IMG/VR virus record: IMGVR_UViG_3300010354_000062
Location: 14,328 to 78,327 of that record
Length of the DNA stretch: 64,000 nucleotides
Reading direction: 5' to 3' (one strand)
From: a virus
Positions 50,664-61,098 of the stretch are shown here, in pieces. The notes beneath the pieces were generated by a model. It ran no database searches. It had not been told where the DNA came from and saw only the letters and a list, made by a program, of their open reading frames with translations. How positions within the stretch are numbered: position 1 is the first letter of the stretch; each line of letters starts with the position of its first letter. The position numbers were made by a program, and so were the translations under genes.

Positions 50664-51573
50664 AGCTGTAGCATACTACGGAGGTATTCCTCCCGGTAAT
50701 ACAAACTTAGAAAAGCCTAAAATTTTAGACTACTTTATTGAAGGGGTGCGTAAGTCCGGAGATAACGGTATTCAACACAGACTAATGACTGCTATTCCCT
50801 GCGACGTAGCTCTAATTCAAGGCTATGTTCATGAACATGGTAAACAAGCACCTCACCTAACTCTAAGACGACAGGCTATTGACCTACAAAAACAAACAAG
50901 CAAAAAGTCATTAATTGTTGACAGCAATTTATTTTTATATGTTAATAAAACTAATCCATTACATTATTTGAGATATAGTTTTGACGGTGTATTCCCTACT
51001 AACGGATTTTATTTTGATACACATGTTGACTCAAACAGATGGAATCAAGTTAGCAAAGATCTAAACTTATCTCTAAAAACATGGAGAACTAGTGGCAATC
51101 ACATTTTGATTTGCTTGCAACGAACCGGTGGTTGGAGTATGCAAGGGTTAGATACTATATCATGGTTACATGGTGTCATAACACAAATTAGGAAATTTTC
51201 TGATAGACCAATCATTGTAAGAACTCATCCTGGAGATAGAAAAATTAAATCTATCCTACAATTGAATTTAAAAAATGTAAGTATAAGTCAAAATGATAGT
51301 CTAATCACCGATCTGTTTTCAGCATGGGCCACTGTTGTCTATAATAGTAGTCCGAGTGTAGCTAGTATTATAGAAGGTATACCTGCTTTTATAACTGATC
51401 CCAATCCTAGAAACAGTCAAAGTTTTGATGTAGGTAACTTTGATATAAGTAAAATTGAAAATCCTATTATGCCGGATAGACAGCAATGGATAGAAAAAAT
51501 TTCAATGTGTCATTGGAAGTTTGACGAATTACGTTCTGGTGCTGCTTGGCAGTTTTTTAAGAGATATCTATGA
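50653..51573 (+). CDS. KpsS/Capsule_synth-like glycosyltransferase, paralog 5
   Basis: HILICLQ, SDRPIIVRTHPGD (HP motif), YNSSPSV.SII.GIPAF, W..DEL.SG.AW. Confidence 0.6.
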   Translation: MSLKAVAYYGGIPPGNTNLEKPKILDYFIEGVRKSGDNGIQHRLMTAIPCDVALIQGYVHEHGKQAPHLTLRRQAIDLQKQTSKKSLIVDSNLFLYVNKTNPLHYLRYSFDGVFPTNGFYFDTHVDSNRWNQVSKDLNLSLKTWRTSGNHILICLQRTGGWSMQGLDTISWLHGVITQIRKFSDRPIIVRTHPGDRKIKSILQLNLKNVSISQNDSLITDLFSAWATVVYNSSPSVASIIEGIPAFITDPNPRNSQSFDVGNFDISKIENPIMPDRQQWIEKISMCHWKFDELRSGAAWQFFKRYL

Positions 51574-52280
51574 AATTAATGCACAATGGTTGGTACGTCC
51601 CAGATGATGACAAAAAAATTACTTTTGTGTTGAGTAACGATAACGATAAAAGTAATCCTTCATATGAAGGAAAGTATAGGGAACAAATATTAAATCAAAT
51701 ACCTAATAAACGAACTTTTGTAGATGTTGGTGCTAATGTTGGTATCTGGAGTTATCACCTATATAACAAATTTAATAAGGTTGTTAGTTATGAACCTTCT
51801 AAACAAAATTTAGAATGTCTGCAGGCCAACATTGAAAACAAAACAGAAATTAGAGCAAAAGCAATAGCAAACTTTATAGGCGAAGCTGAATTTCATCAGG
51901 CAGGAAAAAACTGTGGAGACGGGAAGCTATGTCGTCCAGGCATCAATCCTTCTTACACAGTACCAGTTGTTACATTAGACTCTGAAGAGTTGCCTGATGT
52001 TGATCTGATTAAAATTGATGTTCAAGGTTGGGAATATGAAGTTTTACAGGGTGCTAAAGAAACAATTAAAAAATGCCAACCATGGGTCATATGGGAAGTA
52101 AACCAAGATGTTGATGAATGCTGTGCATTTATGGAACAATTAGGATATGAAACTATTATTTTAAAAAGTAAAAGATTATTCCTGTGGGCTCCAAAACAAG
52201 GTCCAAACTCACCTAAAGACAAAAATATTTTTGGAAGGTACTTAGGACCAGGACCGTATGCACCTAGATACGGTGGTTGA
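51570..52280 (+). CDS. FkbM-family methyltransferase
   Basis: VDVGANVG.W, YEP, TLDS, DLIKIDVQGWE..VL.GA..TI....P. Confidence 0.85.
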   Translation: MKLMHNGWYVPDDDKKITFVLSNDNDKSNPSYEGKYREQILNQIPNKRTFVDVGANVGIWSYHLYNKFNKVVSYEPSKQNLECLQANIENKTEIRAKAIANFIGEAEFHQAGKNCGDGKLCRPGINPSYTVPVVTLDSEELPDVDLIKIDVQGWEYEVLQGAKETIKKCQPWVIWEVNQDVDECCAFMEQLGYETIILKSKRLFLWAPKQGPNSPKDKNIFGRYLGPGPYAPRYGG

Positions 52281-53114
52281 TTATCTCCAATAAGGTTCAG
52301 TTCGCATTACCTTAAGGTCTTCACGCTTACTTCTTCCTGAATTTTTCCTTGATCCTTTAAGATGATCAAGCCATGCTCCCCATTCACTGTTAATCAATGG
52401 ATGACCTTCTCCTTGACTCATGCCTGGACGTGGTCGAATATCATGTAAATGTGCTGCCCAGTCATGTTGTTTCATTTGTGGAAATTTTGTTCTTACAGCA
52501 TCAAATACAAAGCTGTCATGCCATTCATCTAATGTAAAAATGCCAGATTCGGCTTCATCGTAAAATCTTTGAAATTCTCTTAGGAATAATTGTACGTTAT
52601 CAGATCTTAAATTTAATGAGTACAATCCACATTCTGAATATTTGCCTTTTCTGCCTAGATAACACAATTCAGAATTCTGCGGTATCATACGTTTAATATC
52701 ATCAATTGTTATATTACTATGACATACGGTATCAGCGTCCATCCATATTAATATATCTGCATCAGTATTTTTAGCACAATCAAAAATAGCATAAACTTTA
52801 TGAGCAAATCTTATAGCGTGCCACTTAAAACCTTTACCTGCATCTTTACGTTTTGATCTAACAGGATCGTTGGATACATCGCCGTTGGCCTTGGGAACAT
52901 TTTTCCATTTTTCTTTAAAAACCATTAGTGGGTCTACTTCTTCTAATCTCTTAAGAGTGACCTGACTGTGATCTCTTATGGCAGGATTGCATAATTCAGG
53001 ATATAGATGAAGCTGAATGTCTTTAGGCCAATTCTTTATGTATGAATCTATCATACGTTGACCATATTTTTTTAAACCTTCTTCGTGAAACGTAGTCACT
53101 ACTGCATATTTCAT
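52281..53114 (-). CDS. GT-A nucleotide-diphospho-sugar transferase
   Basis: VVTTF, A.RF.HKVYA, LIWMDAD (DxD), YLGR...YSECG, EWHDS.VFD, DHLKG.RK. Start at 53114 (ATGA overlap). Confidence 0.7.
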   Translation of the reverse strand: MKYAVVTTFHEEGLKKYGQRMIDSYIKNWPKDIQLHLYPELCNPAIRDHSQVTLKRLEEVDPLMVFKEKWKNVPKANGDVSNDPVRSKRKDAGKGFKWHAIRFAHKVYAIFDCAKNTDADILIWMDADTVCHSNITIDDIKRMIPQNSELCYLGRKGKYSECGLYSLNLRSDNVQLFLREFQRFYDEAESGIFTLDEWHDSFVFDAVRTKFPQMKQHDWAAHLHDIRPRPGMSQGEGHPLINSEWGAWLDHLKGSRKNSGRSKREDLKVMRTEPYWR

Positions 53115-53509
53115 TTGTCGTACTTCCATATGTGATAAATTCCAAACCTTTCAACCACAGAAAAATTATAACCCTTCAAAAATTTGTATTCTGAACGTCC
53201 AAATAACTCGTCACCTTCAACAAACAGCACAGGATGGTATCTAGCCAATATTGGTCTAAGTTTTTCAACATTACATTCTTGATTTTTATCAATAAAAATC
53301 ACATCGAGGTCCGGGACAAACTCAATTCCTTCAAAATCTTCTTTGTAAATAAGATTTTTTCTTCTAATTGGGTCAGATAGAGTTGAGATTATAAAAACAT
53401 TGGCAAAATGATCGCACAATTCATTTAAAAAACCAAAACCCGTTCCTACAATTAACACATTCCTGGGATTCTTAAAAGTTTTTTTTATCCTTTTTACTAT
53501 TTTTGACAT
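53111..53509 (-). CDS. Hypothetical protein, degenerate Rossmann/methyltransferase-like
   Basis: NVLIVGTGFG and DVIFID motifs. Confidence 0.4.
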   Translation of the reverse strand: MSKIVKRIKKTFKNPRNVLIVGTGFGFLNELCDHFANVFIISTLSDPIRRKNLIYKEDFEGIEFVPDLDVIFIDKNQECNVEKLRPILARYHPVLFVEGDELFGRSEYKFLKGYNFSVVERFGIYHIWKYDK

Positions 53510-53550
53510 TTTTTGTAGTTAAATAGAAATATATTTATTTGCCGGCCAAA

Positions 53551-54387
53551 ATGAAATTTAAATTATATAGAGAATACGGTGCTCTCAACAGCCCACCAGT
53601 ATTTGACGCTCTTCAAAAGGGAATTTTGTCTCTTGGACACCACGAAGTATCACAAAATGAAGACGTTAGTGTTATTTGGTCTGTGCTATGGAACGGCCGT
53701 ATGGCAAATAATCAAAAAATCTACGAACGTAACAAAAAAGAAAGTAGACAAACATTAATTTTAGAAGTTGGCACCTTTAACCGGGGCAAAACTTGGAAAC
53801 TGTCTATGGATCATGTTAACCAAGCCGGTATTTTTGGCAACAAAATGGACATAGATGTTGATAGACCTAAAAAATTAGGAATAATGTTAGATGCTCCAAG
53901 GCATCAACGAAGAAATGAAATTTTAATTGCCTGCCAACATGATAAAAGTCTCCAATGGGCCAATCAACCACCATTACATGTATGGGTCAATCAGATTATT
54001 ACTGACATACGTGGATATTCTGATAGACCAATTGTTGTGAGACCACATCCTCGATGTAACCTAAAGGGACCTATCGTTGGGGCAACTATTGAAACACCAA
54101 AAAAAATTGTAAATTCATATGATGATTTTGATATCAACTACAATTACCACTGTGTAATCAACTTCAACAGTGGACCTTGCATTCAAGCTGCCATGAAAGG
54201 CGTACCAATCATCTGTAATAAATCAAGTTTAGCCTTTGATGTAAGTGATGTGTTAGAAAATATAGAAAAAATTGAACTAAAGGATCGCACATCGTGGATT
54301 CAACGACTTACTCACACTGAGTGGACTTGTGAAGAATTGGCTTCTGGAGAACCATTGCAAAGAATTTTAAAAGAAAAAGTTGCTTAA
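53551..54387 (+). CDS. KpsS/Capsule_synth-like glycosyltransferase, paralog 6
   Basis: ILIACQ, YSDRPIVVRPHPR, FNSGP.IQA.M.GVPI, EWT.EEL.SG. Confidence 0.6.
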   Translation: MKFKLYREYGALNSPPVFDALQKGILSLGHHEVSQNEDVSVIWSVLWNGRMANNQKIYERNKKESRQTLILEVGTFNRGKTWKLSMDHVNQAGIFGNKMDIDVDRPKKLGIMLDAPRHQRRNEILIACQHDKSLQWANQPPLHVWVNQIITDIRGYSDRPIVVRPHPRCNLKGPIVGATIETPKKIVNSYDDFDINYNYHCVINFNSGPCIQAAMKGVPIICNKSSLAFDVSDVLENIEKIELKDRTSWIQRLTHTEWTCEELASGEPLQRILKEKVA

Positions 54388-54408
54388 AAAATCTAAAGCT
54401 GTTATAAT
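54380..54408 (+). promoter_or_regulatory. Sigma70-type promoter, probably leaderless
   Basis: TTGCTT (54380-54385), 17 nt spacer, TATAAT (54403-54408), then ATG at 54415. Confidence 0.6.
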
Positions 54409-54414
54409 GTAAAA

Positions 54415-55608
54415 ATGATAAAAAATCTCTTCATAGAAGACATTCTTTTAGAGTTCTGTCGCCTGCATTCTATACATGGCTATGTTAACATGCACAACGA
54501 ATTTAGAACTTTACTAAACTTTCAAACCATAGTTGAAAACAAAGAGCAATTAACACAGAGCCAAGGAAATTTGTTAATCAAAATCTTAAAAAAATACCAG
54601 GCCATTGCAAAATCACACAATTTTGACTATGAAGAACAAATTAATAATCCAACTTGGCGTACACCTTTTAGAGTTTTGGACCTAACAAGAAAAATATTTC
54701 TTCAACAGCAAAGAGAAAATGGAATCTTAATTTGTGCTAAGTTTCCTTATCAACTAAAAGAAGTATTTGATCTAGAATTTCCTCCTAAAGACGGACATTT
54801 CTCAACTAGACTTTGGGATGCTAACGAGAAAGTTAGAAAAATTCCTGTTGACTCTATCAATGTCATTCATTTGTACGAATGGGCCAAAGTAAATAATTTT
54901 GAATTTTCTCAAGATTTTTTAGAGTTGGTAAATTTTGTGGAAAATGTGTGGAATCAAGAATTACAGATTTCGCCGCATAGCAAGGTTTTTGAAAATTCTG
55001 TGGTAATTTGTAACAGCACAGATGATGCGGACAATTTTTTTGAATCTCACCGGACGGGAAATTTAGCACATGATTTGTTTTTGGCAAAAATTATGGATTT
55101 TCCTTTGAAACTAGAAACTCAACCAAAAACAATTTTAGAAAAATTATGTTGTAGCCAAGAAAATATTTTTTGGATCAAAGAAATTGAAAGATTTTTCCAA
55201 CTTGCTCAACACATCGAAGGAAAAATTTGTATTTTGATTGACAGAGCCAGCGAGAGAGAAACGTGGTTGAAAAAATTCATTGAAATTTCTGCAGATTTTC
55301 CAGCCGAAAGACAACTGATAAAGGTTTGCTTTAGGGATGACAAAAATTCTAATGGGAAATTTAATCAATGGGTCAAGGATAACGGATTTGGCGGAAGTGT
55401 TGATTCAGGAAAATATTTAATTTTTGAAAACAAACCGGCAAAGTGGTTGTTCAGAGACAACGTAGATGTTAAAATAATTGTAACTAATAATCTTTACATA
55501 AATTCTAACGCCTGGGTCAATGACTGGTTTGTAAGTCATCCCTGTGTAATCTATCTTAGCGATGTAAAGCCAACACTGAAAAGAGTAAAAAACATTGACA
55601 GCCTGTAA
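54415..55608 (+). CDS. Hypothetical protein upstream of uvsW
   Basis: 397 aa ORF with LTQ.Q..L..KIL.KY and ..FPY..WD..K.R motifs. Confidence 0.6.
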   Translation: MIKNLFIEDILLEFCRLHSIHGYVNMHNEFRTLLNFQTIVENKEQLTQSQGNLLIKILKKYQAIAKSHNFDYEEQINNPTWRTPFRVLDLTRKIFLQQQRENGILICAKFPYQLKEVFDLEFPPKDGHFSTRLWDANEKVRKIPVDSINVIHLYEWAKVNNFEFSQDFLELVNFVENVWNQELQISPHSKVFENSVVICNSTDDADNFFESHRTGNLAHDLFLAKIMDFPLKLETQPKTILEKLCCSQENIFWIKEIERFFQLAQHIEGKICILIDRASERETWLKKFIEISADFPAERQLIKVCFRDDKNSNGKFNQWVKDNGFGGSVDSGKYLIFENKPAKWLFRDNVDVKIIVTNNLYINSNAWVNDWFVSHPCVIYLSDVKPTLKRVKNIDSL

Positions 55609-57049
55609 ACTTGTTATTAAAGATGAAGTTAACATCAAATTTGAAGGCCTTGCTGTTGAGACTAGGCGTAAAATTGTAAACAAACTTAAATTTGATCTTC
55701 CTTATGCTAGACACATGCCTGCATATAAGCTAGGCAGATGGGATGGTACAAAAACCTATTTTGGTATTGGCGGCACAGGATACCTAGCTCATCTAGATGT
55801 GATACTACCTATAATAGAGGAGTCTGGTTACGAGATAGATGTTGAAGATCTTCGCCAACATAAAGAAGTAAAATTTGACAGCATAGACGAAAACTATTGG
55901 GCCAGTAAAGGTAAAACATGGCCCAAGGGTCATCCGGAAGCAGGACAACCAATTGTATTAAGAGATTATCAATACGACGTAGTTAATAAGTTTTTAGAGA
56001 CTCCTCAGAGTTTACAAGAAGTTGCTACAGGTGCCGGAAAAACCATAACCACAGCCACACTAAGTCATATTTGTGAAAAATATGGCCGCACAATGGTCAT
56101 TGTACCAAATAAGAGTCTAGTTGTACAAACTGAAGAAGATTATAAAAATTTAGGATTAGACGTTGGTGTGTATTTTGGTGATCGTAAAGAATTAAATCGA
56201 ACTCATACTATCTGTACATGGCAAAGTCTTAATGTTTTAGACAAAAAAAGTTATGATGACGATACACTTTCATTGGCAGAATTCTGCGAAGGCGTATGTG
56301 CTATCATAGTTGACGAAGTCCATCAGGCCAAGGCCGATGTGTTGACAAAACTGTTAACTCAAAACTTTCAAAACTGTGCAATCAGATGGGGTCTCACAGG
56401 AACCATTCCTAAAGAAGCATGGGAATTTCAAGGGATTTTAGCCAGCATTGGCCCTGTGATTAATCGTGTTAGCGCACATGATCTTCAACAGAAAGATGTA
56501 CTAGCACAATTAGACATTCAAATTTTACAAACCGTAGACGTAAAAGAGTTTCGTAGTTATCAAGATGAATATACCTATTTGGTAACTGATGAAACACGAA
56601 TTGAATGGTTGGCCAAAAATATTAAGAACATTTCTAACAGCGGTAACACTCTAGTACTTGTGAATAGAATAGATACCGGAGATAAACTTACTGCTCTTAT
56701 ACCAGAAAGTGTTTTTATTAGTGGATCTGTAAAACTCAACGATAGAAAAGAAGAATACGATGAAATTAAAACTAGCGATAACAAGATTATTGTGGCGACT
56801 TACGGTGTGGCCGCTGTGGGTATTAATATCCCTAGGATTTTTAATCTGGTTCTTTTGGAACCCGGAAAGAGCTTTGTTAGGGTTATCCAATCTATTGGCA
56901 GAGGAATCCGTAAGGCAGAGGATAAGGACTTTGTCCAAATCTGGGATATTACCTCCACGTGCAAGTACGCCAAGCGACATTTAACAGAGCGAAAGAAATA
57001 TTATAAAGAAGCAAAATATCCTTTTGCCGTAACCAAGGTAACCATATGA
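55595..57049 (+). CDS. uvsW: SF2 DNA helicase UvsW
   Basis: YKLG.WDG, LRDYQ, ATGAGKT, VDEVH, GLTGT, ATYGVAAVGINIP, IQSIGRG.R. Non-ATG start (TTG). Confidence 0.9.
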   Translation: MTACKLVIKDEVNIKFEGLAVETRRKIVNKLKFDLPYARHMPAYKLGRWDGTKTYFGIGGTGYLAHLDVILPIIEESGYEIDVEDLRQHKEVKFDSIDENYWASKGKTWPKGHPEAGQPIVLRDYQYDVVNKFLETPQSLQEVATGAGKTITTATLSHICEKYGRTMVIVPNKSLVVQTEEDYKNLGLDVGVYFGDRKELNRTHTICTWQSLNVLDKKSYDDDTLSLAEFCEGVCAIIVDEVHQAKADVLTKLLTQNFQNCAIRWGLTGTIPKEAWEFQGILASIGPVINRVSAHDLQQKDVLAQLDIQILQTVDVKEFRSYQDEYTYLVTDETRIEWLAKNIKNISNSGNTLVLVNRIDTGDKLTALIPESVFISGSVKLNDRKEEYDEIKTSDNKIIVATYGVAAVGINIPRIFNLVLLEPGKSFVRVIQSIGRGIRKAEDKDFVQIWDITSTCKYAKRHLTERKKYYKEAKYPFAVTKVTI

Positions 57050-57552
57050 AAATTTTAACTCTAAACAATAGATCCTTTGATCTAAATGAATTGCCAGACG
57101 AAGTTGATGAAGACACAAGATTCAGTGTACTGGATAACTCAAATCCACAAGAACCAGATTTCTTTTTCATGCCATTGATTTTCTTAGAATCATTTAATAG
57201 TCCAGCTATCCTACTTAATATAGGCGGACATGAAATTCAAATGCCCCTAGATTGGTGCATGGTTGTTGGCGACAAAGACTGCGGAATGGATCCTGAAGTA
57301 TTGCCACTAACCAGTATAAATGAACGTGGGTTTGATGCTTTTATTTTTAATCCTATCAAAGGATTCAAATGCGAGTACATGCCCATCGAAATTGTAAATA
57401 TTTTTCAAGACGTTCGTTGGTATTTCCCAAAAATGAAAAACGGTCAATTGCTCAGTGTGCCTTTGCATGACGGAGACAATCCACCATGTGCTTACTTTGT
57501 CAAAGAAGTTAGCAGACAAAGCGAAGTAATTCAACTACACAAAATTTTATAA
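57046..57552 (+). CDS. Hypothetical beta-rich protein (possible degenerate Hint fold)
   Basis: 168 aa, overlaps the uvsW stop (ATGA). Confidence 0.6.
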   Translation: MKILTLNNRSFDLNELPDEVDEDTRFSVLDNSNPQEPDFFFMPLIFLESFNSPAILLNIGGHEIQMPLDWCMVVGDKDCGMDPEVLPLTSINERGFDAFIFNPIKGFKCEYMPIEIVNIFQDVRWYFPKMKNGQLLSVPLHDGDNPPCAYFVKEVSRQSEVIQLHKIL

Positions 57553-58052
57553 TGAAAAGAAATGATAGATTAACGGTTCCAATGACTCTAGAATGGGATC
57601 ATCCTAAGAGTTCTCGTAGGCATTTTTTAGAATACTTAATTCAAAAACATAGCTATACTACAATGGTTGAAGTGGGTGTACGTCGAGGGGGTACAACATT
57701 TCATCTTTTAGATAAATTTCCTAATTTAGTAATCTACGGCATAGATATCGATATCAGCCAGTTTTACAATGATACAGTTAAAGAAAAATACGGTACAAGA
57801 TTAATTCCTATTCAAGGTTTCAGTGAAATCGTAGCAGATCAAATTCCAAATAATTCAGTTGATCTTGTGTTCATTGACGGAAATCATTCTTATGAATATG
57901 TTTATAAGGACATTGTTAAATACAGTCCAAAATTGAGACCAACTGGTTTGCTTACTGGACATGACATCGATTATCCGGGAGTAAATCGAGCAGTAAAAGA
58001 ACTCGTAAAGTATTACGATGTAGGTCCTAACAACGTATGGGTGAAGATATGA
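57552..58052 (+). CDS. Class I SAM methyltransferase (Methyltransf_24-like)
   Basis: VEVGV..G, GIDID, DLVFIDGNHSYE.V..D, GLL.GHD. Confidence 0.85.
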   Translation: MKRNDRLTVPMTLEWDHPKSSRRHFLEYLIQKHSYTTMVEVGVRRGGTTFHLLDKFPNLVIYGIDIDISQFYNDTVKEKYGTRLIPIQGFSEIVADQIPNNSVDLVFIDGNHSYEYVYKDIVKYSPKLRPTGLLTGHDIDYPGVNRAVKELVKYYDVGPNNVWVKI

Positions 58053-58393
58053 AAGCAGGAAAAGTTTGGGGACAGACAGAACTATTAGAAGCTAATGGAG
58101 TTTTAGAATTTCATAGAATTGAGGCCAAGGCCGGCGGTGTTTGCAGCAAACACAAACACAAGTTTAAGTGGAACGGATTTTTTGTCGAGTCTGGGAAAAT
58201 GATTATACGTGTGTGGAAAAATAATTATGATCTAGTTGACGAAACCGTGTTGACCGCAGGACAATATACTAAAGTGGGTCCGGGTGAATATCATCAATTT
58301 GAAGCTGTAGAAGATACTGTAGCATTTGAATTGTACTGGGCAGAATTTGATCATAACGATATTGAACGTGAGACCGTTGGCTTTGCTAAATGA
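58049..58393 (+). CDS. Cupin (sugar isomerase-like)
   Basis: GKVWG, CSKH.H..K.NGF.V.SG, PG.YHQF, DIER. Start at 58049 (ATGA overlap). Confidence 0.7.
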   Translation: MKAGKVWGQTELLEANGVLEFHRIEAKAGGVCSKHKHKFKWNGFFVESGKMIIRVWKNNYDLVDETVLTAGQYTKVGPGEYHQFEAVEDTVAFELYWAEFDHNDIERETVGFAK

Positions 58394-58965
58394 AGAATAA
58401 GAGTTTTTTTAAACAAGTTGTCTCTATTGAACCAACAACAAAAAATAGTGACAGAATTGAATTTATAAAAAAACTTACAAACTCAAAAAGAGTTTTACAT
58501 GTTGGTTTTGCAGATTATCCTATTACTAATTTAGAAAATAATTTGCATATCCAACTTTCTACCAACTGTCTTAGATTAGATGGGATAGATACAAATCTAA
58601 CTGACGAGATTGTAGATTTGTTGACTGTGTCAAACGGTCAAATTTACAGAGATTGGACAGAGTTAGAAGACAACTATGATGTAATAATAGTTCCGGAAGT
58701 AATAGAACATGTTGATAATGTAAAAGATTTTTTGTCTATCTTATCAAAATTTTCTTCGCAATTAATTTTTACCGCTCCGTGTGCATACTATCATGCAGAC
58801 AAATCATTTCGTAATTACGAGAATATGTTTGTTGAGATGGTCCACCCAGATCATAACTGTTGGTATACACCATATACTCTTAAAAATGTCGTTGAAAAAT
58901 ACACAAATAAAAAAGTTGATTCTGTACATATGCTCAAAGGATCAGTTGCAGTAATTTGTAATTAA
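58390..58965 (+). CDS. Class I SAM methyltransferase-like protein
   Basis: VLHVG..D, DGID, YDVI...EVIEHV.N...FL, T.P. Confidence 0.7.
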   Translation: MKNKSFFKQVVSIEPTTKNSDRIEFIKKLTNSKRVLHVGFADYPITNLENNLHIQLSTNCLRLDGIDTNLTDEIVDLLTVSNGQIYRDWTELEDNYDVIIVPEVIEHVDNVKDFLSILSKFSSQLIFTAPCAYYHADKSFRNYENMFVEMVHPDHNCWYTPYTLKNVVEKYTNKKVDSVHMLKGSVAVICN

Positions 58966-58969
58966 AAAT

Positions 58970-59719
58970 ATGTATACACTACTAACAAGCTTCAATGAAA
59001 AATACTGGCAGACAATTGCCAAAGATAATGTAAGACAAATGGATGAGTTTTGGCCTGGGGCGCAAAATATTCTGTTGTATCATCAACTAACAGATATCGA
59101 TAAAACATTTTCTGATAGAGTTAAATGGTTAGATTTATACCATCATTGTCCTGACTTATTAAGTTTTGCTGAGAAATGGAAAGATGATCTACGTGCTAAT
59201 GGGGCTAGCGGAAAAAAGAATTCTTTCAGATGGAATGCTATAAAGTTCTGTCATAAGACTTTTTCCATATGGCATGCAGCCAAGCAGCAATCTAACGGTT
59301 GGTTAATTTGGTTAGATTGTGATGCAATTATTTTTAAAAATTTAGACAAAGATTTTTTTCAAAAAGTTTGTCCTCAAGAAAAGGCTATTTCTTATCTTGG
59401 TAGAAAAGGCAAATATTCAGAATGTGGATTTGTTGCCTACAATTTAAGTCATCCGGATACAAGGAAGTTTCTGCTAGATTGGGAAAATCTTTACACGTCA
59501 GGTGAATTTATTAATTTACCAGAGACTCATGATAGTTGGACTTTTGATTATATTAGAAAAACTATGGATAAGCCAGAAATATTTTTAGATCTAAACAAAG
59601 ATTCAACTACTGATAAAAATCCTTTTCATAATTCTATTTTAGGACAATATATCGCACACGCTAAAGGCGATAAAAAAGAATGGACTATAAACAAATTAAA
59701 GAAAAAATTTAAACTTTAA
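58970..59719 (+). CDS. GT-A nucleotide-diphospho-sugar transferase, paralog of 52281-53114
   Basis: AIKFCHK, LIWLDCD, YLGRKGKYSECG, HDSW.FD, H.KG.KK. Confidence 0.7.
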   Translation: MYTLLTSFNEKYWQTIAKDNVRQMDEFWPGAQNILLYHQLTDIDKTFSDRVKWLDLYHHCPDLLSFAEKWKDDLRANGASGKKNSFRWNAIKFCHKTFSIWHAAKQQSNGWLIWLDCDAIIFKNLDKDFFQKVCPQEKAISYLGRKGKYSECGFVAYNLSHPDTRKFLLDWENLYTSGEFINLPETHDSWTFDYIRKTMDKPEIFLDLNKDSTTDKNPFHNSILGQYIAHAKGDKKEWTINKLKKKFKL

Positions 59720-60500
59720 TTTGATATTGTTCAACTAGCTCTGCAACTAGAGATCCTTTGCTAAAATCTTCCGGGCTGAATTGACTCCATGCGATGTGTT
59801 CCAGCCACGGTGTTCTGTCTGGGAATACAGGATTTTTTAACATAGATAAATCTGTGCCCATTAGAATACTTACAGCTGAATAGTCAACTGTATAAGCAGG
59901 ATATCCTAGCATAACAGCTTCAACGCAGGCCATAGTTCTTTCTCCAAGAACAGCATGACATCCCTTTAGATCGCTAAGAAAACTTGGCCATCTGTCTGGA
60001 TTTTTTCCGCCAGTTTTTCGACGCCATTTAACTGGACCGTCCCAAAACGGCTTGAGATTTTCTAAAAATTCTTTTTGCCATACTCCAAATTCTTTGCCTG
60101 TACGTTCATGTAAAATCTTAGGTTGTGGTTCTATAAGAAGTAGATATTCACCTCTTACTTTTTTCCAATCTTCTACCTTTGGGTCCAGTGTTTGCAATCG
60201 AGAGAAACTTGGTTTTTTAATTTTGAGATTGTGACTGCCATTGTATGTTACACGCCTTGTGTTTCTTCTTGGGTTGTTGATACCCCAATATCCATAGTCA
60301 ATTTCGATATGATTATTACCCTTATCTATCCATTCTTTGTATGGACTTCTCCATGGCGGGTGGTGACAGGAAATAAGAACATAATCGTTGGGTATATCCT
60401 TTACAGATGCAAACACTCTGGCACCCATTTTCTTCCAAGGAGCAAATATCCAATCAGATCCTTTGATATCTATAACTTCAGAACATATAGCATATTTCAT
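59709..60500 (-). CDS. KpsS/Capsule_synth-like glycosyltransferase, paralog 7
   Basis: IDYGYWG, RRVTYN, LLI.P, WRRK, TMACVEAVMLGYPA, WL.HIAWSQFS. Confidence 0.55.
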   Translation of the reverse strand: MKYAICSEVIDIKGSDWIFAPWKKMGARVFASVKDIPNDYVLISCHHPPWRSPYKEWIDKGNNHIEIDYGYWGINNPRRNTRRVTYNGSHNLKIKKPSFSRLQTLDPKVEDWKKVRGEYLLLIEPQPKILHERTGKEFGVWQKEFLENLKPFWDGPVKWRRKTGGKNPDRWPSFLSDLKGCHAVLGERTMACVEAVMLGYPAYTVDYSAVSILMGTDLSMLKNPVFPDRTPWLEHIAWSQFSPEDFSKGSLVAELVEQYQIKV

Positions 60501-60543
60501 AATCAAATATTTAACTAATAAATACTCTGTTAATAGATAAACT

Positions 60544-61098
60544 ATGATTATTACTGATACCTACGCTGAACAACTACGACAGTTACACAATAAACCTGAA
60601 AAGAAAATTGGTTTTGGTGAGCAACCTCCAGAGAAACTTATTGAAATTTTAGGACAGTACCAGTATGTAAATATCTTAGACTTTGGTTGCGCTAAAGGAG
60701 ATATAGCAAACAAAGTAAAGGAACACTTTCCTAATAAAAATGTTTTAGGTTATGATCCGGGTGTTGCTGAATTTAATGTATATCCAGATAGTGTAGATTT
60801 TATCTATTCTATAGATACTCTAGAGCACATTGAACCAAATTTTTTAGATGATGTATTATTAAAGCTTCTTAATGATTCTAAACATCAATATCATCTAATT
60901 GCCTGTCATCCTGCTAAGAAAAATTTACCAGACGGACGAAATTGTCATCTTATAATAGAAGAACCAAAATGGTGGGTGGATAGAATTAAATTTGTCCTTG
61001 GGAATAAGGCTGAAATACTTTACACGAATTCATATAGCGTCACAACCAAGCACGGCAAAATCAACACATATTGCGAAATAGAAATTTTAAAATTATGA
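60544..61098 (+). CDS. Class I SAM methyltransferase
   Basis: ILDFGCAKG, GYDPG, D.LEHIEP, LPDGRN.HLI.E...WW. Confidence 0.8.
   Translation: MIITDTYAEQLRQLHNKPEKKIGFGEQPPEKLIEILGQYQYVNILDFGCAKGDIANKVKEHFPNKNVLGYDPGVAEFNVYPDSVDFIYSIDTLEHIEPNFLDDVLLKLLNDSKHQYHLIACHPAKKNLPDGRNCHLIIEEPKWWVDRIKFVLGNKAEILYTNSYSVTTKHGKINTYCEIEILKL

Noticed and set aside
38807-57049. Inteins or introns in the terminase, UvsX or UvsW
   Set aside because: Lengths and motif spacing are ordinary and the frames are uninterrupted.
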